64,000 bases of DNA from Candidatus Aenigmatarchaeota archaeon (GCA_038998335.1 JAVZHQ010000001.1:608001-672000), one strand, 5' to 3'. Positions 18,975-29,294 are shown, counted from the first letter of the stretch. Notes: generated by a model from the sequence alone, not told the origin. Translations and numbers: made by a program.

Positions 18975-19911
18975 GCCAAAACCTGTAAGCAATTATTATG
19001 ATAATAATTATTGCTGCAATAAGTATTAAAAGCCAGAATGGAAACTCGAAAGGTTTTTCAGGTTTAACTAAAGCTAAGGTAGGAAGAATTTTTATCGTTG
19101 AGTTTTTCTCCACGCTACCTGAAAGATAATTAACTCTTGCGTAAATTTTGTATTCTCCTTCTTTTATTCCATCTAAAGGTAAAAAAGCAGCCAAAACCTT
19201 TTTCTCCTTAGGCTTAACCTTTTCTTGGGAAGAAGATAAAGTTTTAACTAAGTTTCCTTGAGAATCAAAAATTTTTATTTCTTCTGCTCTTGCTGAAATC
19301 GTTACTGTTCCTGTGTTGAGAAAATGTATTAATAGCTGCAAGCTATTTCCTGAGTAGCTTCCTGTTGTTATGTCTAAAATTTTGCCTTCTCTTATAGCAG
19401 TGCCAGGAATTTTAAAAAGGATAATAACAGGAGTTATGGTTGCTATTCCTATTCCTACTTGACCAAAAGAAGATTGTGGCAAGCTAGGTTTAGGAGCTAT
19501 TTCAACCAGATGATAGCCAGGTTCTGCGTTTTCTGGAACGTTTAGCAAAAAGTTTATTTCTCTCCAACCTTTTATTGCTCCGCCAAAAGTTGGTAGTTCG
19601 CCGGAAGGCTTAAGCTCAACAGGATTTGAAAAAGTTTGAACCCATGAAGAAGTTTGTTCTTCAGAATAGTTAAAAATATAGCTTTGATAACTTGGTGTGT
19701 TAAAAAAATCTATTAAAGGTTGGGAAGGTTGAAGGTAAACTACTATGGTTTCGTCTGAGGGAGAAACTATAAAAAAACTTACTGGTTTTGATGAGCCTTT
19801 TTGAAGCTCTCCTAAATCGATAAAAGAAGGTGAAACTCCTACTGAAAAATCTTTTGCGTAAGCTGAAGATAAAAGGATTAGGCAAAAGATTGAAACCATA
19901 AGTTTTTTCAT
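18964..19911 (-). CDS. Two-domain Ig-like protein resembling pilus chaperone / WxL-interacting (DUF916-like) proteins, with a C-terminal TM
   Basis: Signal peptide, then FSVGVSPSFIDLGEL; VPENAEPGYH; F.NTGTV second domain; C-terminal TM. Family call is by motif resemblance only. Confidence 0.55.
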   Translation of the reverse strand: MKKLMVSIFCLILLSSAYAKDFSVGVSPSFIDLGELQKGSSKPVSFFIVSPSDETIVVYLQPSQPLIDFFNTPSYQSYIFNYSEEQTSSWVQTFSNPVELKPSGELPTFGGAIKGWREINFLLNVPENAEPGYHLVEIAPKPSLPQSSFGQVGIGIATITPVIILFKIPGTAIREGKILDITTGSYSGNSLQLLIHFLNTGTVTISARAEEIKIFDSQGNLVKTLSSSQEKVKPKEKKVLAAFLPLDGIKEGEYKIYARVNYLSGSVEKNSTIKILPTLALVKPEKPFEFPFWLLILIAAIIIIIIIAYRFWHEE

Positions 19912-20006
19912 ATTATTAATTTGAAGTTTCAAAATTTTATTCTTAAAAAATTATCTTTAATATTTAACAATAATGTTTAAATATCAAGGTAAACAAAATT
20001 TTATAT

Positions 20007-20882
20007 ATGAAGTTTGGAAAAATAGCTTTTTTGATTGGTTTAATAAGCATGCTAGGAGCAGCTTTTTTAGTAAGCTTAACAAAACCAGCTTTTTCAGCAA
20101 CCTCAAACCAAACAAACGTTACTGTAGAAGTAAAAGGAGTTTGCCAGATAACAGTTGCACCAACAAACCATACCTGGTTTAGCGTTACTCCAGGCTCAGA
20201 AGGAGGAGTAAAAACATTAAACATAAGAAATAGTGGTTCAAAAAACCTTACAAATATTTATGGCTATGTTGACACACTCACAGTAGAAACCACTAACCCA
20301 ATTCCTACAGGTGACCCTTCAAGATATGCTTCCGGTGGAGTTCTTGTTTTAAACGCAGGAAGTGGCTTTTATTATGTAGGAAGGTTGGAGTGGAATGTGA
20401 GTAAACCAGCAGGAGCAGGTAATACTAATTGTGATGCAACATGGTCAACTTGGGGTTGGTACAGAAACGCTACTGTAGGAAATTATCTTTGGTGCATGGT
20501 TAACGGAAGCGACGGAACTTGTAATGCAAGTAATGCAAAAATCTATATAGAATCTGATGTTGACACAGGTGACCCAAGTACAAGAGACCCAGATAAAGGT
20601 GGCAACGTTGAAAGCCAAGCTCCAGATTGGGCAATATTTGGTTTTAGTGATGGACCTTTGGCTGGGCACTGTGTAGCCTTATACAAAGACTGCACAAAAA
20701 TATACATATATAAATATGATCCAACCTTTGGCGACTGCGATATGGAAAGTTTCATAAGAACAGAAGCCTTGACACCAAGCTCAGAGTTTTCAGTTAGCTT
20801 AGACGTTTGGGTACCAAAGGGAATTCCAGCAGGATGGTTAGCTTCTAATTGGCTAACTATTGAAGGAAGCTGCCCACCATAA
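20007..20882 (+). CDS. Secreted Cys-containing beta protein; putative filament subunit (CsuA/B-, WxL- or TasA-like layout)
   Basis: Signal peptide, then an alternating strand TNVTVEVKGVCQITV; C-terminal LDVWVPKGIPAGW...LTIEG; no TM anchor. Confidence 0.5.
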   Translation: MKFGKIAFLIGLISMLGAAFLVSLTKPAFSATSNQTNVTVEVKGVCQITVAPTNHTWFSVTPGSEGGVKTLNIRNSGSKNLTNIYGYVDTLTVETTNPIPTGDPSRYASGGVLVLNAGSGFYYVGRLEWNVSKPAGAGNTNCDATWSTWGWYRNATVGNYLWCMVNGSDGTCNASNAKIYIESDVDTGDPSTRDPDKGGNVESQAPDWAIFGFSDGPLAGHCVALYKDCTKIYIYKYDPTFGDCDMESFIRTEALTPSSEFSVSLDVWVPKGIPAGWLASNWLTIEGSCPP

Positions 20883-20966
20883 ACCTAAGTAAAAACCCAG
20901 AAAAACTTGGCTTCTTTTTAGGTTTCATTCTTTTGAAATTTATTGTTAAAATTACAATTTGATATT

Positions 20967-22226
20967 ATGAAAAAGTTTCTTTACCTCTTTATCATCTCAA
21001 TTGTAGCAATTCTTATTTTTAACTTCATTTCTAACTTTTTTTCTTTAAGAATTACAGGCTTTGTTGGAGCTAACTTTTCCGTTAACATTTCAGAAGTTTT
21101 GAAAGGAGAGCTTTTGATTAGCTATAAAGAGGAGTTAAACTGGGGTGAGTTTCAAAACATAACAGTAGATTTTTTAAACACAGGAAGCGTTCCTTTTCAA
21201 GAAAAAATTGAAGTTAGAATATATTACAACTACGGAGGAAAGCTTCAACCTTTAGCCTATTATTATGATTCCATAGTAACTTTAAAGCCAGGTGAAAGAA
21301 GAAGTTATAGAGTTAACTATCTTCCGCCTACCATAGGAACCTATTATATAAAAGTAAGGGTTCCTTATGACGGAAAAACTGTAGAAACATGGAAAGCTTT
21401 TATAGTAATTTATATTCCTCCTCCACCTCCTGTTCAAATAATCACCCTGCCTCCTGAAGTTCCTGCTCCACCTGTTGAAGTAGTTGAAACTGGAAAGCCT
21501 GGAATGGAAATAGATTACCCAGAAAAAATAACTATAGCTCAAGGAGAGTCGAAACTTTTTAGTGTTATAGTTAAAAATACAGGACAAGTTTCTTTAAGGA
21601 ACATGAGGCTAGCTATTTCCCTTCCTAGCTCTTTTAGCATAGAGGTGAACCCGAAAGAAATCTTTAAAGTTATACCGAACGAAACAGCAGTTTTTCTTGT
21701 CTATTTAACAATTCCGAACCAAACTTTACCTGGAATCTATCCTTTGGATTTTGAAGTGATAACCGACAAGATAAAAGAAGGGAGAAGAATAAGCGTAGAA
21801 GTTGTTTCTGGTTTACCAGATATAGAAAAAGAAGTAAAGGAAACGATCCAATACTACGAGTACTTAATCTCAGAAATCCAGAATCAAATAGATGCTGCTT
21901 TTTTGAAAGGAATTGACGTAAGCAAAGCCCAAGAAAGCTTGGATAAAGCAAAAATAGCCTTAGAAGAAGCAAAAACCTATTATAACCTAGGAAAATACTT
22001 AGACGCTAAGAAAAAGCTAGATGAAGTAAAAGATCACTTACAGGAAACAGTTTTCCAGCTTTCCTTAGCTTTAATTCCTGTTTATTATCCTGCTTTTCCT
22101 TTCTTACCTCTTATTCTTCTTCTGATAATAATCCTAGCAATAATTCTAGCACTGATTCTTTCTAGAAGAAGAAAGAAAAAGGAAGAGCTTAAGAGACCAA
22201 AGCTTTTGAGAGGAATAGAAACTTAA
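20967..22226 (+). CDS. Membrane-anchored Ig/NEW3-like protein with a coiled-coil stalk
   Basis: ITGF motif after the N-terminal TM, as in the 1954-aa protein; poly-Pro linker; VKNTG; coiled coil; C-terminal TM. Confidence 0.65.
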   Translation: MKKFLYLFIISIVAILIFNFISNFFSLRITGFVGANFSVNISEVLKGELLISYKEELNWGEFQNITVDFLNTGSVPFQEKIEVRIYYNYGGKLQPLAYYYDSIVTLKPGERRSYRVNYLPPTIGTYYIKVRVPYDGKTVETWKAFIVIYIPPPPPVQIITLPPEVPAPPVEVVETGKPGMEIDYPEKITIAQGESKLFSVIVKNTGQVSLRNMRLAISLPSSFSIEVNPKEIFKVIPNETAVFLVYLTIPNQTLPGIYPLDFEVITDKIKEGRRISVEVVSGLPDIEKEVKETIQYYEYLISEIQNQIDAAFLKGIDVSKAQESLDKAKIALEEAKTYYNLGKYLDAKKKLDEVKDHLQETVFQLSLALIPVYYPAFPFLPLILLLIIILAIILALILSRRRKKKEELKRPKLLRGIET

Positions 22227-22249
22227 GTTAAAAAATCAATAAAAAAATT

Positions 22250-22504
22250 ATGGGACTTTTTTCACCTTTTGTCTACACAAACAAGCAAGGAAAAAAGTTT
22301 TGGCTTCATGTTAGAGAAAAAGGGAAACAAAAAATCTATTATTTTTCAAAAGACCCTACAGGAGCTTTAAGGGATTTACCAAAAGGTTATGAAGTTGTAG
22401 AAAACGAAATAACAGGAATGCCTTTTCTAAAGAAAAAGGAAGCAAAGGGCTTTCTCTCAGTTTTTAAACCAAAAAAAGAAGAAAAACAAGAGCAACAAGC
22501 TTAA
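22250..22504 (+). CDS. Small basic conserved hypothetical protein
   Basis: YTNKQGKKFWLH...IYYFSK...LPKGYEVVEN..TGMPFLKK looks like a conserved small-protein pattern. Confidence 0.7.
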   Translation: MGLFSPFVYTNKQGKKFWLHVREKGKQKIYYFSKDPTGALRDLPKGYEVVENEITGMPFLKKKEAKGFLSVFKPKKEEKQEQQA

Positions 22505-22529
22505 ATAGTTTACTGTTCATCAGTATTTC

Positions 22530-23006
22530 ATGAAATTTAGCAACCATTCAGTAGTAACACTTCAAATACTCTTAAAAATAATTATAGTTAACATAATAGT
22601 CTTGCTATCACTTGTTTCTGTGCATGAGTTTGGCCATTTAGTTATGGGCTTACTCACAGGCTGCTCAAGCGCAAGAATTGTTCTTTTTGACACAAGTAGA
22701 GAAGGCCCTTACACTGAGCTTTTTTGCAATTCTTCTAACCCTATAACTTATTCAGGAGGAATTTTATTTAGCTTAGCTTTTTCTTCGCTTTTCCTTTTTT
22801 TAAAAGAAGCTGAAGACAAAAAGCTTTTTTTTGTAGCTGTTGGTTTATCCTTAATGCTTTCTGGCCTTGACATAATAGCTTTAACTTCTACCTACTTTTC
22901 CTTTTATATTACGACAATTTTTGGTTTTTGTCTTACAATCTTTGGAGAGTACAACATAACTTTAAGCTACGCGAAAAAAGAAGAGCTTTTAAAGTACTAC
23001 CTTTGA
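22530..23006 (+). CDS. Small membrane protein with HExxH, M50-like peptidase
   Basis: VHEFGH at the end of TM1; several TM helices. Confidence 0.55.
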   Translation: MKFSNHSVVTLQILLKIIIVNIIVLLSLVSVHEFGHLVMGLLTGCSSARIVLFDTSREGPYTELFCNSSNPITYSGGILFSLAFSSLFLFLKEAEDKKLFFVAVGLSLMLSGLDIIALTSTYFSFYITTIFGFCLTIFGEYNITLSYAKKEELLKYYL

Positions 23007-23051
23007 AACTTAAGATTATTAATTTAGAATACAATTTTATATTGTGAGAAA

Positions 23052-23813
23052 TTGGCAAGGGTAATAGGGATAATTTCTGGAAAAGGAGGAGTTGGAAAAA
23101 CAACTTTAACCGCAAACTTAGGAGCTTCTTTAGCACATTTTTTCAAAAAAAACGTTACTGTTATAGATTGCAACATAACAACTTCCCACTTAAGCCTTTA
23201 CTTGGGAATTCACTTTTGTCCAACTAGCTTGAACAAAGTTTTAAGGAATGAAATCTCCATAGAAGAAGCGCTTTACAAGCATTACAGCGGAGCTAACATT
23301 GTTCCTGCCTCTTTATCCTGGAAAGATTTGGAGGGCGTGGATGTAATTCAGATTAAAGATAGTATAAAAAAGCTTTTTGACAAAACTGATATAATATTGC
23401 TCGATGCTGCTCCTGGCCTAGGAAGGGAAGCTTTGGCTGCTATAAAAGCTTGTGATGAAGTTATTTTTGTTACCATGCCTTACGTTCCTTGCGTTATGGA
23501 CATTATAAGATGCTTAGAAGTTGTAAACGAAATTGGAGTTAAGCCCTTAGGAATTGTTTTGAACATGGTTGGGAATGAAAGGTATGAGATGAAGAAAAAG
23601 GAAATAGAGCAGCTTACTGGTTTGCCAGTGATTGCTTCAATTCCTTCAGACAAAAATGTTTTGAAAAGCTTAGCTTTAAGGACTCCTGTTGTTCTTTTTA
23701 ACAAAAAATCAAAAGCAAGTAGAGAAATAATAAAACTTGCTGGCAATTTGATAGGAGAAAATTATAGAGAAGAAGGATTTTTCTCAAGAATTTTCAAAAA
23801 GCTTAGGTTATAA
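23052..23813 (+). CDS. minD: MinD-family ATPase
   Basis: SGKGGVGKTT, LDAAPGLG; C-terminal amphipathic FFSRIFKKLRL. Confidence 0.9.
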   Translation: MARVIGIISGKGGVGKTTLTANLGASLAHFFKKNVTVIDCNITTSHLSLYLGIHFCPTSLNKVLRNEISIEEALYKHYSGANIVPASLSWKDLEGVDVIQIKDSIKKLFDKTDIILLDAAPGLGREALAAIKACDEVIFVTMPYVPCVMDIIRCLEVVNEIGVKPLGIVLNMVGNERYEMKKKEIEQLTGLPVIASIPSDKNVLKSLALRTPVVLFNKKSKASREIIKLAGNLIGENYREEGFFSRIFKKLRL

Positions 23814-24446
23814 GAATTTGTAAATTAGGAAAGAGATTAATAAAATTAAAGCTATTGCTGAAGCTAAAATTGTAAATCTTAAGTCAAAGCTTGGTAAAGA
23901 GATTCTTGAACTTATTTTTTCTTCTTCACTTACTTGCTTGCTCTTTTCTTTTTGTTCAACTTCCCTTTTTTCTTGCTCTGAAGAAAAATGTTCAAGAATT
24001 TTTATCTTGAAAACAAAAGTTTTTTCTTGAGCAACTTTAATTCCTGAATCTAAGCTTTCTGCTCTTGTTTTTATTCTTATTTCATTCTCTCCTTTTGCAG
24101 AATCTAAGGCTTTGATCAAAACTTTTACAGGAAATGCTTTAACATCACCTACCGAAAGCTTAACGTATTCTCCTTCCTCATAAGGAGGACCAATTTTAGA
24201 AGCGTTTAACAAAAATTCTTTTGGCTCAACTATTACAACAAAACTTTCTTGTGAAAAAGGTTCAAGAGTAACTAAACAAGGAGAGTTTTCAAGATTCCAG
24301 AAAAGAAGAGTAAATTCTTTCGTTTCTCCTTTTACCATTTCTGCATAATTGCCTTTTTGCAAGCTTCCAAAGCTTAAAGCTTTAGCAGAAGGGATAAACA
24401 ATAAAAAAATTATTGCAATCAAAATTTTCTCTTTCATTTCAATCAC
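23808..24446 (-). CDS. Secreted single-Ig protein with a C-terminal TM
   Basis: Signal peptide, beta domain, charged linker, TM. Confidence 0.6.
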   Translation of the reverse strand: MIEMKEKILIAIIFLLFIPSAKALSFGSLQKGNYAEMVKGETKEFTLLFWNLENSPCLVTLEPFSQESFVVIVEPKEFLLNASKIGPPYEEGEYVKLSVGDVKAFPVKVLIKALDSAKGENEIRIKTRAESLDSGIKVAQEKTFVFKIKILEHFSSEQEKREVEQKEKSKQVSEEEKISSRISLPSFDLRFTILASAIALILLISFLIYKFL

Positions 24447-27189
24447 ACAACGAAGAGCAATTTCCGCATATTGTTATGGTTCCTTTATAAATTCCTGCAT
24501 AAACGCTTGGTACAGAAAGCCAATAATAAAGTGTTAAGTTTGAGTTTGGTGGAAGAGCAGAATAAGCAAGTTTGTAATAATAGTCAAGAGGATAAACTGT
24601 GCTTGGGTTGTAAATATTGCTTGAATTGCTCCAGGTTAAATTGCCAACAGCTATAACAGAATTGTAAGTTGAATTTGTAAGGTCTGTTCCTTTAATCCAA
24701 ATGTTCGGACTGCATGCTCCTATGACTGTTATGTTGTATAAATTGTTTTCATTTCCAGGGGCAGGGTTGTTTTCTGCTGGAGTGTTTGGAATTAAAAAGC
24801 CAAAGTCTATAAAGTCCCAAGACAGAATCAAGCTTTCTATTTCTATTCCAGAAACAATAGTTATTGTTGAATTTTGGGTGTGGTTTTGCTGAACTTCTGT
24901 TAAAGAAGAATTAAAAAGTACGCCAATTTTCCAGACCGAACTAACATCACCGCTTGCATTAACAACCCAAGTTAGATTGCAGAATTCATTCTCATCTAAG
25001 GGATTTGTTGGACAAGCTTTCGTTGCTAAAGCAGAAGCTTCTTGAATAAAAAATGGTTTATCTCCTTGAGTTGTGCTTATTGGTGTATCTGGAAAAGGAG
25101 AAGAAGCGTTATATCTTACGGTTCCGTAAACGTTGCCACAACTTCCAGCTTTACAGTAAACTGTTGCGTTTATAATAAAGGTAGAATTCTGAGGAACGTT
25201 GTAGCTTAAAGGCGGTGATGAAAGCCAAGCTTCCAGATAAGGTGGTGAAGGAAATGGACATACTGTTAGGTTATTATAAATTATGCTGTAGGGTGAAGAA
25301 GTTCCTTTTCTATAGATAAACTCTACACAATCTTTTGACTGATACTTTGAATTTGGATAAACATTATCTCCTGTAACGTCTGTAGTAATCCAGACAGGAT
25401 TTCCCCAACTTCCAGAATTATTCCTGTAAATTATGTTCCATCCTCTATTATTAGTTGTATCGTTTTGCTGCCATAAAACAAGAGGATAACCTAAGGAATT
25501 GGTTGTTATGCTTGAATATTGAGCTTTGCTTGTATCTGTTATAGTATCAATTCTTTCTCCGGTCCAGGTTGAACCATAATCAGAGCTTGAGTTAAAGTAT
25601 ATTCTATTATCTGAAGAATAATAGGAAACGTAAACTTTGCTTCCGTTATAAGTTATGCTTGGTGTATAGAAAATCATAGCATCTGAAGAGATTAAATCTT
25701 TATAAGAAGACCAGCTAACTCCAGAATCAGAGGAATTTTTATAAGTGATATAATAATAAAAGTTACCTGTATCATAATACTTTTCCCTGACGACAACATG
25801 CATTCTATCGTTTGAGCTTCCGTTTCCGTCAACAGCAATAGAAGGCTCGTAATAATAAGAACCATACTGAAGTATTCTTCCTACATATGTTTCATAACCA
25901 TCAAATACAACTTTTATTGGACCCCATGTATTCCCAGCATCGCTCGAATTAAAAAACTCTATATCAGTTGCATCTTCATTATCCTGATAAACAACATAAA
26001 TTCTTTGCCCTTTTCTTTCAACGCTAACATATTCTCCTATTCCACTTGAATAAGGAACTTTTTCTTCAAAGCTTGCTCCGTTGTTTTCTGAGATATAAAT
26101 TACAACTCCCGAAGTTCCATTTCTATAACCTATTGTTATATTATTGCCATCACAAGAAATTGAAGGCAAGCCTTTTGAGCCAGTTGAATTAACTATTGTT
26201 CTATTAACTATCCAAGTTTTACCGTTATCTATGCTTCTAGCATAACTTATAGTATTAGCATCGTATTTCCAAACAACATGTATATAATTTTTTCCATCCC
26301 TACAAATTGCTCTTTGGTTCGGAGAAAAAGGAGTTGTAGTTGTTTGAAGATAGGATGTAGTTGTATAGCTGAAAGGATTTAAACAAGAACTTCCATTCCA
26401 GTTATTATTAGTGTCGTTGGCATAAACGCACCACCTTATAGTGCACCCAACAGTTGAGTTTATTAGTACACTAAAGTTACTCCATGCTTCAGTTCCAGAC
26501 AAGCTCATACCCGAAATATTTTGTAAGCTCCCTGTACAATTATCAAAGCTGAAAATGGCATAGCTTAACCCAACATCATCAGTCCATTTCAAAGAATGTT
26601 GTACTACAGTTCCTGCTATAGTTGAGTTTGTTGAATTAAGAGAATAAATTGGCGGTGAAATTTTAACAGTTATTGTTCTTATAGTAGAAGCATTCACTTC
26701 ATTTGCAGAATCATTAGCATACTGTCTCCAACCTATAACTTTCCCTTCACAAACTGCTGGAATAATTTGAGTTTCGTTGTGCCAAGTAGAGTTAACGTTG
26801 TTTCTTGCTGTAAAGGAAATGTTTACCCAAGTATCGCAATTAGCTCCAGAAGCATTCCAAGAAAACCAAGTATAGTTTATTCCTAAGCCCATTCCTGCTG
26901 CACCAACAACATCAGTCCAGTTAACACTAAACTTTACTGTCTCTCCAACCTTTGGGTTTGTACTATTTTCAGAAGGGGTAAACCATTGTGGAGCTTGATT
27001 CTCGCAGCCATTAGTTACTATTCCATCATCGTTGAACCAGCCAGGATTGCAAGTATAAGTGCAACTTCCTGTAGAAGAGCAAGTACAACTTCCTCCACTT
27101 CCTAAACAGCAATAATAAGCCAAAACACTTTTTATACTTAAAAAGAAAAGGCCTAAAAAAATAAACACGATGAAATACTTTTTTCTCAT
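24439..27189 (-). CDS. Large secreted adhesin-like protein with an Asp-box (BNR) beta-propeller and a C-terminal pilin/WxL-like domain
   Basis: Asp-boxes SIDNGKTW, SENNGASF, SSDAGNTW, SSDSGVSW, SSDYGSTW; Cys-rich N-terminus; C-terminal IDFGFL...YYWLSVPSVYAGIYKGTITI. Confidence 0.7.
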   Translation of the reverse strand: MRKKYFIVFIFLGLFFLSIKSVLAYYCCLGSGGSCTCSSTGSCTYTCNPGWFNDDGIVTNGCENQAPQWFTPSENSTNPKVGETVKFSVNWTDVVGAAGMGLGINYTWFSWNASGANCDTWVNISFTARNNVNSTWHNETQIIPAVCEGKVIGWRQYANDSANEVNASTIRTITVKISPPIYSLNSTNSTIAGTVVQHSLKWTDDVGLSYAIFSFDNCTGSLQNISGMSLSGTEAWSNFSVLINSTVGCTIRWCVYANDTNNNWNGSSCLNPFSYTTTSYLQTTTTPFSPNQRAICRDGKNYIHVVWKYDANTISYARSIDNGKTWIVNRTIVNSTGSKGLPSISCDGNNITIGYRNGTSGVVIYISENNGASFEEKVPYSSGIGEYVSVERKGQRIYVVYQDNEDATDIEFFNSSDAGNTWGPIKVVFDGYETYVGRILQYGSYYYEPSIAVDGNGSSNDRMHVVVREKYYDTGNFYYYITYKNSSDSGVSWSSYKDLISSDAMIFYTPSITYNGSKVYVSYYSSDNRIYFNSSSDYGSTWTGERIDTITDTSKAQYSSITTNSLGYPLVLWQQNDTTNNRGWNIIYRNNSGSWGNPVWITTDVTGDNVYPNSKYQSKDCVEFIYRKGTSSPYSIIYNNLTVCPFPSPPYLEAWLSSPPLSYNVPQNSTFIINATVYCKAGSCGNVYGTVRYNASSPFPDTPISTTQGDKPFFIQEASALATKACPTNPLDENEFCNLTWVVNASGDVSSVWKIGVLFNSSLTEVQQNHTQNSTITIVSGIEIESLILSWDFIDFGFLIPNTPAENNPAPGNENNLYNITVIGACSPNIWIKGTDLTNSTYNSVIAVGNLTWSNSSNIYNPSTVYPLDYYYKLAYSALPPNSNLTLYYWLSVPSVYAGIYKGTITICGNCSSLCD

Positions 27190-27202
27190 ATCTATCACTT
27201 CT

Positions 27203-28279
27203 TTAAGTCGGACATGGTGTAGCAGAATAATAACAACAACTAGTTGAAGAGGCAGGAGCTGGCCGGCAAGTGTTTGAGCTTAAGTAAGAGTTTGGATAAG
27301 GAGAAGGACAGCTTACTGTACAAGATGTTAAAATGTAGCAATTTTCTGTTGTACAAAGGAGCCCCCAATTACTATAGTCGCAAGAGCAAGTCCCTCCAAC
27401 ATTGCAAGCTAAAGTATAACCAGAGGCATCTTCCCAGTAAAATTCTGAATTTTTCTCTTCACCAGGAGCAACGCTTCCTATGTGCTGCTTTAAAGTTATT
27501 GCTGAATTGTACTGCCCTTCGTCACTAACGTTCAACTCATAATCATAATCGCTTAGCCAATCAAGCCTTATCCTCCATAAAAGCAAATCCTTATAATTTC
27601 TTTTGTGAACTTCATACTTCTTTTCTTTTAAATAAGTTGAGTTGAAAATAGCGTTCAAACCATGCAAATCATAAACTTCAACTTCATTCAAAGTTGAATT
27701 TATAACGAAAGCATTATCTTCATAAGAATTGTTTATTTTTATCTCAGTAGTTTTCCACCAAAACCAAAGGTCATCGATAGCTTTTGAACCAGTATTATAG
27801 CCATAAAAGCTTACGCTAAGCTTTCTATCGTTATCTTTAAGGAAATACCTAACCTTAAAGTAAAACTTATAACCTCCTGGCGCATTATACTCCTTTGAAG
27901 TACCGTTAAGTTCAACCCATGTTGCCTCTTCGTTTGTTGCGTTAGTCCATGTTAATTCAAAAGAATCTGTGCAAATTCCTTCGAATTTAAAATTCCCTAC
28001 AGTTGCGTTTATGCAAATCCAATTTCTGCTCCACCAGTTTGGCAAGTCTTGAGTTATCTGAAGGCCTGAAGTTTTATTTACCCAGTAAACCTCTTGATCG
28101 TTCCAAATTTTAAAGGTTTGTGTTGTTGAATTGTACTCAAGAAAAGTAGAATTTCTTGGTTTACATTGAGCTTTAACCAAGGTAAAATTGCTTTCAACTA
28201 ATTTATCTTGTTTTATTTGGATTAAACTCAAAGCTAAAATAAAAACTAGTGCAAGTATTATTATTTTTAAAATTTTCAT
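27203..28279 (-). CDS. Secreted protein with a beta-sandwich domain and a Cys-rich C-terminus
   Basis: N-terminal hydrophobic helix; Trp/Asn-rich body; about 11 Cys in the last 70 aa. Confidence 0.6.
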   Translation of the reverse strand: MKILKIIILALVFILALSLIQIKQDKLVESNFTLVKAQCKPRNSTFLEYNSTTQTFKIWNDQEVYWVNKTSGLQITQDLPNWWSRNWICINATVGNFKFEGICTDSFELTWTNATNEEATWVELNGTSKEYNAPGGYKFYFKVRYFLKDNDRKLSVSFYGYNTGSKAIDDLWFWWKTTEIKINNSYEDNAFVINSTLNEVEVYDLHGLNAIFNSTYLKEKKYEVHKRNYKDLLLWRIRLDWLSDYDYELNVSDEGQYNSAITLKQHIGSVAPGEEKNSEFYWEDASGYTLACNVGGTCSCDYSNWGLLCTTENCYILTSCTVSCPSPYPNSYLSSNTCRPAPASSTSCCYYSATPCPT

Positions 28280-28342
28280 CTACTATTATTTCTTGGTTTA
28301 AACTATAAATTTAATTCAAAAGAAAGAAAAAAAGCAAAAAAC

Positions 28343-28624
28343 CTACTTCTCAAAGAGAACTTCATAGGCAACAAAAAGTGTTCCTATCAAAGCTAGAATC
28401 CATCCTATTGCTGCGAATATTGTATCTAAACCAATAGTTCCAAAAGTTAAGTAGTTAAGAACTACTTGGGGGAAAACTCCTGCAAACAGGAAGAAAACTC
28501 CTGCAGTTGCCAGGAAACCAAAACCCTTTTCTGATTTTTTCGTAAACTTTGCGTACTCAGCTAAGGCTATTCCTAGAAGTAAAGCTATACCCCATTCAAT
28601 AAAGGTTGCTTCAAACAAAGCCAT
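28343..28624 (-). CDS. Small 3-TM membrane protein
   Basis: Three hydrophobic helices; AGGTGG RBS upstream. Confidence 0.7.
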   Translation of the reverse strand: MALFEATFIEWGIALLLGIALAEYAKFTKKSEKGFGFLATAGVFFLFAGVFPQVVLNYLTFGTIGLDTIFAAIGWILALIGTLFVAYEVLFEK

Positions 28625-28742
28625 TTTTCCACCTATTTTTCATTTCAAAGAAAAGAAATATAAATTCTTCTCTTACCTATTTAAACATTACTTTCAAAAA
28701 GTGGTAACATACTTTTATGCTTAAGGAAAAGAAAAATTAATT

Positions 28743-29294
28743 ATGAAATATCCGTTAGATAAGTCTTATCGCTTGCTTTCGCCAAGGCTTGTAATCTTGG
28801 TAACAACTAATAATTCGAAAGGTGGAGTTAACGCTGCACCGGTAAGCTTTTGCTCGCCCGTAAGTTTTACTCCTCCTATAGTTATGATTTCTTTAACTCC
28901 AGAGATAAGAACTCATAAAAACATTCAGGAAACAAGAGAGTTTGTGATAAACATTCTGTCAAAACAATACGTTGACCAAGTTTTAAGATGTGCTGCTCGT
29001 TATCCTAACGGAATAAACAAGCTTGAGGTTGTTGGCTTAAGAAAATTTTCCTCTGTTTTGGTTAAGCCAGCAAGAGTGAAAGAAGCCTTTGCTTGGCTTG
29101 AATGCAGGCTAATAGAAGAAAAAAAGCTTGGCGACCACTTTGCAATTTTTGGCGAAGTTTTAACTGCAGAGATAAAAGATGAGATAGTAAAAGAAGGTGA
29201 AATAGATTTTTCTAAGGTAAGTCCAATATTGCATTTGTTCAAAGAATACTTTGCTTTTGATTTTAAAATCGCAAAGCAAAAGAGGTATGATTGA
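28743..29294 (+). CDS. Flavin reductase-like (flavoredoxin family) protein
   Basis: PRLVILVTT, NAAP.SF, T.KNI..TREFVIN, LECRL and GDH..IFGEV motifs. Confidence 0.9.
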   Translation: MKYPLDKSYRLLSPRLVILVTTNNSKGGVNAAPVSFCSPVSFTPPIVMISLTPEIRTHKNIQETREFVINILSKQYVDQVLRCAARYPNGINKLEVVGLRKFSSVLVKPARVKEAFAWLECRLIEEKKLGDHFAIFGEVLTAEIKDEIVKEGEIDFSKVSPILHLFKEYFAFDFKIAKQKRYD

